Source: an uncultured virus (IMG/VR IMGVR_UViG_3300042384_001469)
Lineage: Duplodnaviria; Heunggongvirae; Uroviricota; Caudoviricetes
IMG/VR virus record: IMGVR_UViG_3300042384_001469
Length of the DNA: 64,000 bases
Strand: one strand, 5' to 3'
Below, one piece after another: positions 38,083 through 47,355 of this stretch. The notes under the pieces were generated by a model. It was not told the origin of the DNA. It was given only the letters and a program-made list of their open reading frames with translations, and did not search any database. The first letter of the stretch is position 1, and every line of letters starts with the position of its first letter. Both the position numbers and the translations under genes were made by a program.

Positions 38083-41000
38083 TGGCTTTATTACCAGGTT
38101 ATTATAAAGTAAATAGATGTTGTAACGGTGTATCTCAAACTCAGTATGTTCTTTACGCCCCTAGCGGTATTCCTGACTATACTAATTACTTAGGTGATAC
38201 TATAACTGTTCAAACAGGTGAAGTATATATAATTGTAAGTTCAGGTTTCACATCAGGTGATTGTGGAATAATTGTATCCTCACTTCCAGGACCTAATCCA
38301 TCTCTTTCAACATACACTTGGTCTGGGTTTGTAGGTAGTGGTGGTTATGGACCGTGTGCAAGTTTAACTAATAGTTGTGCTAGCTGTACTGTTTGTAAAT
38401 CGGAGTTTCTAATTTGCGAAGATTCCGGTGGAGCTGCCACCACTCCGACACCTACACCAACAAAAACAAAAACTCCGACACCAACAAAAACTCATACCCC
38501 AACAAAAACAAAAACTCCATCAGTTACACCTACTAAGACCCCTACCAAAACACCTACCAAAACACCTACCAAAACACCTACCAAAACACCCACACCAACA
38601 ATCACTCCAACTAACGGATTTGTTGATTGTACAATTTATTTAATAGACGCTAACGCGGATAGGATTATGACACTTAATCCTAGCGCAAATACATATAATC
38701 TTTTAGGAACTCTAACACCTGCGTTATCTTCAAACGATGTCGCAGTTTCATCAAGTTATCTATATACTTCAAACTTAGGTAATACAATATACCGATATAA
38801 TAAGACAACATTAACACTTGTTAACACTATTACAACAACAATTACGTTAGGTAGAGGTTTAGCAAGTATTAGTAATAATGTGTTGATTTGTAATTCAAGT
38901 AATTCAATTTATGAATTAAATGTAAGCACTTCAACAGCATCCAACACATTATTATTTCAATTACCAACAGGTTATTCAATCACAGGTGATTTAATTAAAA
39001 CTTCATCAAACACGTATATAATGTCTGTAACAAGTAACACAGGTGTTAAGTACTTAAATGAATATGATGTTTCGGGTAATTTACAAAATTCGGTAAATTT
39101 AACAACTTTGGGATTGACTCAAGTTGAGGGTATCGCAACTCAAGGTAATAGTTTATTTTTAGTAAACAATTATTCAGTATATAGATTAATTTATAATGGT
39201 TCAAGTTTCCAAGTTATTTTCTTATACGACCTAATAAATGGTCAATCAATATCAGGAGCAGGTTCTTCAAGTCCTGGTTGTAACACAATAACATTAAATT
39301 ACTTAATTAGTAACCCTGTTACACCAACTCCAGGTCCTACTCAAACTCCAACACCTACACCATCTTCAACGTCGGTTAATAAAAACGCTTATTATATATT
39401 ACAAGAATGTTGTTCAGGTATTAATTACCAAGTGACAGGCGTAAATTGGGTAGGTCAAAGTGTGGTTCCATCAGTTGGGATGACAGTTCATATGTCAATT
39501 AAAAATTTGTCATTAGGAACTGAAATTACAAGTTGTTTTGTTCTTATTTCATTCTCAACAGTATTCAATGGAACGTTACCTCTTTATGGTCCTCCAACAG
39601 TCGCTTCAACTACAATAACAAAATACGGAGCGAATGATTGTGCAACCTGTTTGTCATCTGAAGGTATTACATGTGTTACACCAACACCTACACCTACAGT
39701 AACTAAGACTCCGACTAAGACTCCGACTAAGACTCCGACTAAGACTCCGACTAAGACTCCGACTAAAACTCCAACTCCTACTCCTACATCAGGAACTGAC
39801 TCTTGTCCAATTTATGTTAATGCAGGAAAAAACATTTACATTAACAATCCAATCACAAATACAACAACATTAGTTGGTCAATTGGTTGGTGGTACAAATC
39901 AAGGTCCTGATTTGGCAGTATCTGATAATTATTTTTTCAGTTACCTTAACCATGTCATCTCAAGATATAATAAACAAACATTACAATTTGTCGATTCGAG
40001 AACATTAACATATAATGGTAACCCTTTTTATTTAGGCGCAGGGTTAGATTCATTAAATGATAATTTAATAATAACAGAATCAAATGGTATTTTATATCAA
40101 GTTAATTTATTACCAAATCCCGCAACAATAACTGAATTATTTCCATTAGGTGACGGTACAGGAATATCCTACTTAAATGGAGATATTTTAAAATTGACAA
40201 ATGGTAAATATATTACAACAGAATATCAAACAGGGGGAGGACCTGTAGCGTATTTAGTTCGTCAATATAGTTCAGACAACTCAGGGACTATTGAAGTTGA
40301 AATAAATGTTGGTAGTTTAGGGTATAACGACATTTATGGAATCGGTATTAAGGCGGGTAATATTTATCTTTATCGAGGCAATAGTTTAGGCCAAGTATTA
40401 CAATTAACATATAATTCAGGGTCTTGGGTATTAACCCCTGCAGGAGGCACTAGCGTATACAATCAAGGAGCTGCATCATTAATTATTTGTAATACAGTAT
40501 CATTAAGTAATGTTCAAGGTAATCCATCACCTGCCCCCGCACCAATACCCGCATCCCCAACACCAACGATTACACCAACTAAAACAAAAACTCCAACACC
40601 AACACATACATCAAATTTAGCTCAAGCAACATCTACACCAACCCCAACAAATACACCAACAAAAACAAAGACTCCAACACCAACAAAAACAAAGACTCCA
40701 ACACCAACACCAAGTACAACCTCGAAATCAATAAAACCAACATCAACACCAACAAGAACCATTACCCCAACTAAATCACAAGTTTGTACTTCACCAAACA
40801 TATTATCAGCAGTTTATTTAGGTGGTGACCAATTTTATGTAACTTGGGAGACTACTACAGGTAATTGTAACATTGTTACTTTATATTATTCTTTTGATGA
40901 TATAACATATTCATCAAGTACCTTTGGGTGTGGTCCGTCAGTGACAATAGCCGCGTCAGGATATTTGACAGGTCCATTATATTTATACACATTAATTACT

Positions 41001-42449
41001 TGTACAGGAGGAGGTACCGCATCTCCTTCAAAAGTATTTACAACAACCGCAGTTGCAGTAACTCCAACAATTACCCCATCAAACACCCCAACAAAGACAC
41101 CGGCTAAAACATCTACCCCAACAAAGACACCAACCGCAACTTTAACTTTAACACCAACAAACACTGTCACACCTTCAATTACACCAACAAATAACCCAAC
41201 ACCAACAGTTACAAGAACAAGTGTATCTTTTAATACACCAACACCAACACCAACAAAAACTGTAACCCCTTCAATCACACCTACAATTACTCCAACAACA
41301 TATACCACATGTCCATTACAAGTTTATACTGTATACACTAACGACCCATCGTATTCACAATATGATGGAGTTTATAATTTAATAAGTGAATGGAATGGAC
41401 AATCTTATTATTGGAACTCATCAAGTCTAAATGTAATTTATTATAATACAGGGACTACAAGATGGTGTTTATCACAAACTTTAGATGGTCCATGTGTATT
41501 AGAAGGTAAGAGTCCTTGTTTTAATAAATGTCCTGACTTATGTGATGACATATTATATATAGGTCTTGTAACACCAACACCAACACCATCCGATATTACA
41601 TGTTCTGATTTTTGGTTTGAAGCACAGTTTGAGTGTTCCGTTGATGGTAGTGGGTCTTACCCAGGATTGACTCCAACACCCACATTAACACCTACGGTAA
41701 CTTCAACACCTACGTCTACTCCAACACCCACACAATATTGTTCAGGTAAATCAGTTGACGTTTCCGCAACAACAATAACTATATCTACCTCACCAACTCC
41801 AACAAAAACACCAACACCGACACCACTACCGTTTGACGTACCAATTGCCGGTACTGTTACTTATAACTCGTTTGAACAATTTTTGTTATGTCCAATCTCT
41901 AAAAAATTAGTAGATTGTAATTCTGACCAAATATTTTATGTTACAGGTAGTTTAGGTGAAGTCCCAATTGGAGCAGTAGTATCAGTTTATATTAATAATA
42001 TTAGTTACTGTGTAACCTATGTTGATGTTGTTAGTACCGCACCAACACATTCACTAACTTCAGTGGCATCTGTTGATTTATTAAATTGTGTATTCTGTAC
42101 ACCAGGTATTAGTCCTTCACCGACTCCAACGTATACTCCAACACCAACTCCATCCTCAACATTAACACCAACTCCATCATTACAAGCTTACACGTATATT
42201 TATAGAGTTTGTAGAAGTTATCCACTAAGTCCAATTATAGTAATACAAACACAACCAGTTCCAAATGTATCATTAGGTCAAGGATTCACATCTCAACCAA
42301 CTTCGCCTTCACAAGGTAAGAAAGTAACATTTATAAATGTAATTCCAGGTTGGAGCCCTAACTATCCTGCAGATATTGTACACACAGGTAACTATTTTGG
42401 GGTAGCATCGAATATATCTGACACACCAAACTGTCCTCCATCGACATAA
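38082..42449 (+). CDS. Modular virion surface protein with Pro/Thr mucin-like linkers, Cys-Cys modules and two probable beta-propeller domains
   Basis: 1455 aa; many TPTP/TKTP tracts; duplicated DVAVS/DLAVS..GDLIK/GDILK domains. Confidence 0.75.
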   Translation: MALLPGYYKVNRCCNGVSQTQYVLYAPSGIPDYTNYLGDTITVQTGEVYIIVSSGFTSGDCGIIVSSLPGPNPSLSTYTWSGFVGSGGYGPCASLTNSCASCTVCKSEFLICEDSGGAATTPTPTPTKTKTPTPTKTHTPTKTKTPSVTPTKTPTKTPTKTPTKTPTKTPTPTITPTNGFVDCTIYLIDANADRIMTLNPSANTYNLLGTLTPALSSNDVAVSSSYLYTSNLGNTIYRYNKTTLTLVNTITTTITLGRGLASISNNVLICNSSNSIYELNVSTSTASNTLLFQLPTGYSITGDLIKTSSNTYIMSVTSNTGVKYLNEYDVSGNLQNSVNLTTLGLTQVEGIATQGNSLFLVNNYSVYRLIYNGSSFQVIFLYDLINGQSISGAGSSSPGCNTITLNYLISNPVTPTPGPTQTPTPTPSSTSVNKNAYYILQECCSGINYQVTGVNWVGQSVVPSVGMTVHMSIKNLSLGTEITSCFVLISFSTVFNGTLPLYGPPTVASTTITKYGANDCATCLSSEGITCVTPTPTPTVTKTPTKTPTKTPTKTPTKTPTKTPTPTPTSGTDSCPIYVNAGKNIYINNPITNTTTLVGQLVGGTNQGPDLAVSDNYFFSYLNHVISRYNKQTLQFVDSRTLTYNGNPFYLGAGLDSLNDNLIITESNGILYQVNLLPNPATITELFPLGDGTGISYLNGDILKLTNGKYITTEYQTGGGPVAYLVRQYSSDNSGTIEVEINVGSLGYNDIYGIGIKAGNIYLYRGNSLGQVLQLTYNSGSWVLTPAGGTSVYNQGAASLIICNTVSLSNVQGNPSPAPAPIPASPTPTITPTKTKTPTPTHTSNLAQATSTPTPTNTPTKTKTPTPTKTKTPTPTPSTTSKSIKPTSTPTRTITPTKSQVCTSPNILSAVYLGGDQFYVTWETTTGNCNIVTLYYSFDDITYSSSTFGCGPSVTIAASGYLTGPLYLYTLITCTGGGTASPSKVFTTTAVAVTPTITPSNTPTKTPAKTSTPTKTPTATLTLTPTNTVTPSITPTNNPTPTVTRTSVSFNTPTPTPTKTVTPSITPTITPTTYTTCPLQVYTVYTNDPSYSQYDGVYNLISEWNGQSYYWNSSSLNVIYYNTGTTRWCLSQTLDGPCVLEGKSPCFNKCPDLCDDILYIGLVTPTPTPSDITCSDFWFEAQFECSVDGSGSYPGLTPTPTLTPTVTSTPTSTPTPTQYCSGKSVDVSATTITISTSPTPTKTPTPTPLPFDVPIAGTVTYNSFEQFLLCPISKKLVDCNSDQIFYVTGSLGEVPIGAVVSVYINNISYCVTYVDVVSTAPTHSLTSVASVDLLNCVFCTPGISPSPTPTYTPTPTPSSTLTPTPSLQAYTYIYRVCRSYPLSPIIVIQTQPVPNVSLGQGFTSQPTSPSQGKKVTFINVIPGWSPNYPADIVHTGNYFGVASNISDTPNCPPST
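38541..38588 (+). repeat. Perfect tandem repeat (CCTACCAAAACA)x4
   Basis: Read directly; encodes PTKT. Confidence 0.9.
39702..39761 (+). repeat. Perfect tandem repeat (ACTAAGACTCCG)x5
   Basis: Read directly; encodes TKTP. Confidence 0.9.
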
Positions 42450-42478
42450 TAAATCGTAGTTTACACAACACATTAAAT

Positions 42479-42504
42479 AAAAAAAGGGTCCTATTGGACC
42501 CTTT
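42479..42504. terminator. Terminator between convergent genes
   Basis: AAAGGGTCC-tatt-GGACCCTTT with A/T tails. Confidence 0.75.
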
Positions 42505-42523
42505 AAAATTTATTAATGTTTTT

Positions 42524-43117
42524 TTATTTTGAATTAAAATAACTTAAAACAACAGTATATGCATCTGTCATATCAAAGTTCTCTTTCTTTAAAGTATTGT
42601 TTCGAGTATATAACCAAGTTATTTGTGGTTCACGTTTCGCAACTAATTCCCAAATAACTTGTTTCTTATCGATGTCTTTCGGATACCCACCAAATAAAAC
42701 AAATTTACCTTTATCATTTTCTTTAACCAATTCAGGAAATGCGTTTTTTCTAGAGTTATATGTAGATATGTATTCAGGTACTATACCTAACACATCATAA
42801 ACCTCTTTAGTAATTAAAGTATTATATCGTAATAAAGTACCAATTGTGTAAACATTATTAGAATTAAGTAATGGTTCCTCAATAACAACTTTAACAATAC
42901 CTAAGTTTTTATATTGTTCTAATTTTATTTTAAATAAATCAGATTTTTTTAAAAGCTCTTCTATTTTATCCTCAGATTTTGGTTTTGGTTGTGGGGAAAT
43001 ATGAGTTAATTCCAATAACTCTTTAGTTTGTAAATCAAAAAGTGCCCAACCTATTGTTTTGGTAGACACATCTAATCCTAATATTTTAGGATTGTTTTTA
43101 AGTTCTTTTTTTGACAT
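42524..43117 (-). CDS. RuvC-like Holliday junction resolvase
   Basis: ILGLDVSTKTIGWA, VIEEP, DMTDAY. Confidence 0.8.
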   Translation of the reverse strand: MSKKELKNNPKILGLDVSTKTIGWALFDLQTKELLELTHISPQPKPKSEDKIEELLKKSDLFKIKLEQYKNLGIVKVVIEEPLLNSNNVYTIGTLLRYNTLITKEVYDVLGIVPEYISTYNSRKNAFPELVKENDKGKFVLFGGYPKDIDKKQVIWELVAKREPQITWLYTRNNTLKKENFDMTDAYTVVLSYFNSK

Positions 43118-45300
43118 TAAAAATCGTATTTAATCATTATCTGCTGTATACCACTTCTTTGAGTGGGTCTTTGCATTTTTGATATAAAAATAAGGTCATT
43201 CTCAGAATCGTAAAGACCGATTTCATTAAAATATGGAGTTAATGAATTATTCCAAGATGGATTACTACTATTCATAAACATACCCGAAGGTAAATTAATC
43301 CTATATTTCATTTCGTATATTGTAGCTTGGATATCTGTTTCAATATTTCCATAAAAATAATATTCATCTCCAAAATTTAATTCCCCTGTACTTCCAACAG
43401 TCGGTAAGTAAAGAACACTACCCATGTCATGTGTTGGTGCGTTATCATATAAAGTAGATGTAATTGTAAATGTACTAGCCGTTAGTCCTTGAGGTGTGAT
43501 ATACCCGTTAACTGTATATCCACTTAATTGGTCAGTAAAATCAATTTCTTTCCATAAATTTGGATTCGGTCTATCTCCAGTAGTAACTTTCTGAGCAATC
43601 ACATAAAATTCCTCGGCAACGAAACCAACAATCCCGTCAGTGTTCATACATCCAAATTCATTACCAAAAATTAATGAAACATCCATAGAATAATTAGTAC
43701 ATCCACTTGTTGGTCCTATAATTTGTTGGTAATATTGACAATGTAATGAACTAGTGAAAGTTGAATTATTATAGAATCCATATGACACCCATAATGTTTC
43801 TGTCTCCGCACTTAATACTCCGTCACTATTTATATCCCCATTACATATATTAGGAGCAGTTAATGTTAATTTTGGAGCAGGTAACGTCCAATTCCTATTC
43901 GATTTATATGATAGTATCGCAATTATTTCAGGGTCATCAATTACAACCAATTGGTCATCAGGGAATACTTTACCAATTCTGCTAGGTAAACCTGTAGATG
44001 TTGAATGATTATCCCATAAAGTATAATATCTAATACCAGGGTTATTCATATCTGAATTTTTTGACGATAATAGTAATCCTTGTTCCATAAATCCTCCACC
44101 ATTTACAGGTGGGTCAATATAAAACGTTTCACCTGAACAACAATTAGTACCCTTATGCCACATTACTGTAGGTATATGTAATTTAAAATTTCTAGCTTGT
44201 CCCGTTTCACCTGGATTATTCACGTCGTATTCCTCAACCGCAAATTTTTCACCGTAAAAATTATTAATAGATTGATTAGTGAAATGTATTACCGCGATAG
44301 ATTTTTGTTCTTCAGGTGTCACTATTATTTTTTCATTATACGAATTATAATAATAAACATCAGTAGTTGCTGATTGTCCTAAAGAAGACATGTAACCTAA
44401 ATATTCTTTAGTCCCAATATAGTCTTTTGAATTATAATAATTATAATCTTGGTATATTGCATTATTTAATCCCGCAATACTTTCAGACCATATTATATTC
44501 ATATTCCATATAAGTGAAGAAATTTGGTCAGTATAACATAGTGATTCATAATTAACAACATCATCATTCCAATGTCCAGCCGGAGTTATTGTATCATATA
44601 ACTCAGTCATACCTGAAGGGTATACCATTAATCTAGAATTTGCAGTAGTTGTAATATTTGTAAAATTAACACAAGGTCTATCTAAACCAATTAAATTGCT
44701 ACCTGAATCATAATAAGTAACTCGATATGTTAGAGTAGGGTAACAAGATTGATAACATGAACAAAGGTCCGTTTGATTATAAAAAATTGTTATTAAATCA
44801 CCAATCTCAATAGTTCCATTTGCAGTAGTATCACACGCCAATGGATTTGAGGAAGCTTCTACTAATATACCACCGTCAAGTAGTGTTGTATCAGTATCAA
44901 ACTCGCTATTAATAGTATACGCTGAACAAGGTTGTACATACCAACATGTTGAGTCTCCAGAAAAAAACCCTCTAGGTTCCGCAGTATTATATATTGATAC
45001 ATATTCAGATTCCATGTAAGGTATACCATATGTGTTACCTGAGGTACCTTGCATGTAATATGGGTATTTAATATAATTTTTAGTAGATTGAGGGAACCCT
45101 GTATTATTTTGAGCATTATATGGTGGCATCAAAATTTTTGAAGTGGTTGACACTGAATTTGTAACACCGGTATAAGATACCTCACTATCCCCTACTTGGA
45201 AATACTGTATATTTAAACTACCTTGCGATATCTTTCTTCTCCCAACATCTGTAATTCTAGTTGAAATTAAACCTGATGTATTTTGTAAAATATAACCCAT
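43117..45300 (-). CDS. Tail/baseplate structural protein with tail-collar-like termini
   Basis: ITDVGRRKISQG..FQVGDSEV and NEIGLYDSENDLIFISK..IKYDF. Confidence 0.6.
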   Translation of the reverse strand: MGYILQNTSGLISTRITDVGRRKISQGSLNIQYFQVGDSEVSYTGVTNSVSTTSKILMPPYNAQNNTGFPQSTKNYIKYPYYMQGTSGNTYGIPYMESEYVSIYNTAEPRGFFSGDSTCWYVQPCSAYTINSEFDTDTTLLDGGILVEASSNPLACDTTANGTIEIGDLITIFYNQTDLCSCYQSCYPTLTYRVTYYDSGSNLIGLDRPCVNFTNITTTANSRLMVYPSGMTELYDTITPAGHWNDDVVNYESLCYTDQISSLIWNMNIIWSESIAGLNNAIYQDYNYYNSKDYIGTKEYLGYMSSLGQSATTDVYYYNSYNEKIIVTPEEQKSIAVIHFTNQSINNFYGEKFAVEEYDVNNPGETGQARNFKLHIPTVMWHKGTNCCSGETFYIDPPVNGGGFMEQGLLLSSKNSDMNNPGIRYYTLWDNHSTSTGLPSRIGKVFPDDQLVVIDDPEIIAILSYKSNRNWTLPAPKLTLTAPNICNGDINSDGVLSAETETLWVSYGFYNNSTFTSSLHCQYYQQIIGPTSGCTNYSMDVSLIFGNEFGCMNTDGIVGFVAEEFYVIAQKVTTGDRPNPNLWKEIDFTDQLSGYTVNGYITPQGLTASTFTITSTLYDNAPTHDMGSVLYLPTVGSTGELNFGDEYYFYGNIETDIQATIYEMKYRINLPSGMFMNSSNPSWNNSLTPYFNEIGLYDSENDLIFISKMQRPTQRSGIQQIMIKYDF

Positions 45301-45329
45301 ATATAATAATTATCAAAATCTAAATTTTA

Positions 45330-47303
45330 TTACCCTCCAAAAAATTGTTGACCTAAATTAACTGAAACTTGAACTATGTCATTACCTATCGATACTGTTG
45401 AACAAGGTGCGTTATAAAGTTTTATGTTTCTTAATTGGTATTTCAATAAGTATTCATACTTTTTATTACAAGGAAATACACCATTTGGTTTATTACCTAT
45501 TAGTATTGAATGATTGAATGATAAATCGTATGTATCGGTACTAATCATTTGTAGACCATTATACATATCAACATCTAATACAATTGTTTTACCTGATAGG
45601 GCTCCTTTACATCCCGCTAATGGGAAATTAGTAATACTCTGAGGTTGTACCACAGGTGTCTGTAATATTGAATTTTTTTCAACTGAATTACTTGTTCCCC
45701 AATTATAATAGTCTGAAGAATTATATTGAGGTGATTGGGTTATTTGACTTGTAAAACTTAAATCAAATTCAACAATAACACCGCTAGGTAATGATGGAGT
45801 GATTGTAATTTGTGCTAATCTACCATTTGTAATAGTTGTAGTATATATCGAAGATGGATTAGATGTCCAATTTGTAGTTGTGTAGTTCCCTGTTGGGTTA
45901 CCAACAAAATTAACACTTATAACATAATTTTGATTTGCAATTTGTGGTACTGTTACACCAACATTAGATGTATTACTGTTATTATCCATAACATACAACG
46001 TGTAATTTCCTGATACCAAATTATTAAATAATGGAGAATTTTGATAAGTAATGTTATCAATTGAATATGTATACGGTGAAGAACCTCCGTTCGCAGTTGA
46101 TAAAATACTTCCATTGTTAGTACACGCACCGTTAGCCGTATATGTCAATGCCAATGGTTGAGACGAACAAGTACCCTCAGTTACTATAACTGGTCCATTT
46201 ACTGTATTTCCAGCACCTAAGAATGTCCAACCATTATTAGGTATCGATGACGTTGTTGTTGTCCTTAATTGAGGAGTTTGGCTACCACACATTACTAATC
46301 CAATGAATTCCCAATAACTACCATTATGTAATATGAAATATTGTCCATCTTCAGAAATCCAAGAGTAATGAGAATTGTATGTTCCATTATTAATAAATGT
46401 AATCAAATATGACTGTTCACAGTATGTAAATGACATACATAGATTTGGAATTACAGGATTACTTCCCACACTTCTTGATGGAGTCATAGTTGGCGTAGTG
46501 GTAGGAGTAGTGGTCGGTGTAGGTGTCGGAGCATAAAATCCACAAGTAGTTGTGGATGAGAAATCTCCGTAATAATCTGTAACCACCGCAGTATAAAATC
46601 CATAACTAACATTATTTAAAGTTTGTGAAGTTTGACCATTAGACCACTGTATTGTATATGGTGGTGTACCTCCTGTTATAAATAAAGATAATATACCGTC
46701 ACTTGATGTTGAGGTACTTGGTTCTTGAACTGTCTGACATTGTACCTCCATTGGATAAATGGTAATAATATCACATTCATTTCTACCTGTAATACGTAAA
46801 CTTGCGGTTATTTCAGGATATGGAGTTCTAGATACTGAAACAGTTGGTGTTATTGTCGGAGTGACCGACATTGTAGGTGTGACAGTTGGAGTTCTTGTAA
46901 CAGTTGGGGTCGGTGTAAATCCCATACTTTTAGTTGGGGTAGCCGTTCTTGTTGGTGTTGGAGTTTTTGTTTTTGTTGGTGTTGGAGTTTTTGTTTTGGT
47001 AGGGGTTAAAGTAGGAGTTCTTGTAACCGTAGGTGTTGGGGTTGGGGATGTTGCACAACAAAATCCAGGAGCTTCGGAACAATTATTAAGTCCATTTAAA
47101 ACTATTTCCGCAGTATCCGCACCATAATCATAACCTGAAGATGATGGACCTATTAAATTTTCAATTACAAAACAAAAACTTGGTCCTTCAACAGTATTAA
47201 TATACCACATCTCACCAACCTGTCCTCCACTTGGCATGTTGATGATATATTGAGCTCCGTCACAACAACTAACAACTAAATAATTATATGGTGGTACAAA
47301 CAT
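45330..47303 (-). CDS. Virion surface protein with Cys-Cys module, Pro/Thr linkers and SprB-like repeats
   Basis: GGTPPYTIQWSNGQT..YTAVVTD; GGSSPYTYSID..GNYTLYVMD. Confidence 0.7.
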   Translation of the reverse strand: MFVPPYNYLVVSCCDGAQYIINMPSGGQVGEMWYINTVEGPSFCFVIENLIGPSSSGYDYGADTAEIVLNGLNNCSEAPGFCCATSPTPTPTVTRTPTLTPTKTKTPTPTKTKTPTPTRTATPTKSMGFTPTPTVTRTPTVTPTMSVTPTITPTVSVSRTPYPEITASLRITGRNECDIITIYPMEVQCQTVQEPSTSTSSDGILSLFITGGTPPYTIQWSNGQTSQTLNNVSYGFYTAVVTDYYGDFSSTTTCGFYAPTPTPTTTPTTTPTMTPSRSVGSNPVIPNLCMSFTYCEQSYLITFINNGTYNSHYSWISEDGQYFILHNGSYWEFIGLVMCGSQTPQLRTTTTSSIPNNGWTFLGAGNTVNGPVIVTEGTCSSQPLALTYTANGACTNNGSILSTANGGSSPYTYSIDNITYQNSPLFNNLVSGNYTLYVMDNNSNTSNVGVTVPQIANQNYVISVNFVGNPTGNYTTTNWTSNPSSIYTTTITNGRLAQITITPSLPSGVIVEFDLSFTSQITQSPQYNSSDYYNWGTSNSVEKNSILQTPVVQPQSITNFPLAGCKGALSGKTIVLDVDMYNGLQMISTDTYDLSFNHSILIGNKPNGVFPCNKKYEYLLKYQLRNIKLYNAPCSTVSIGNDIVQVSVNLGQQFFGG

Positions 47304-47355
47304 AATTTTCTATATAATAAATAATACTAAATAAGTTTTATGAAAAATAAATCCA

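Noticed and set aside
40886..41308. Val/Gly-rich ORFs (also 46759-47127) and the His/Gln/Leu ORFs at 38428 and 56617
   Set aside because: Antisense or off-frame shadows of Pro/Thr and fibre repeats
42524..43117. TnpB/Cas12-like or transposase RuvC
   Set aside because: Only 197 aa, no zinc finger or transposon ends; fits a stand-alone resolvase
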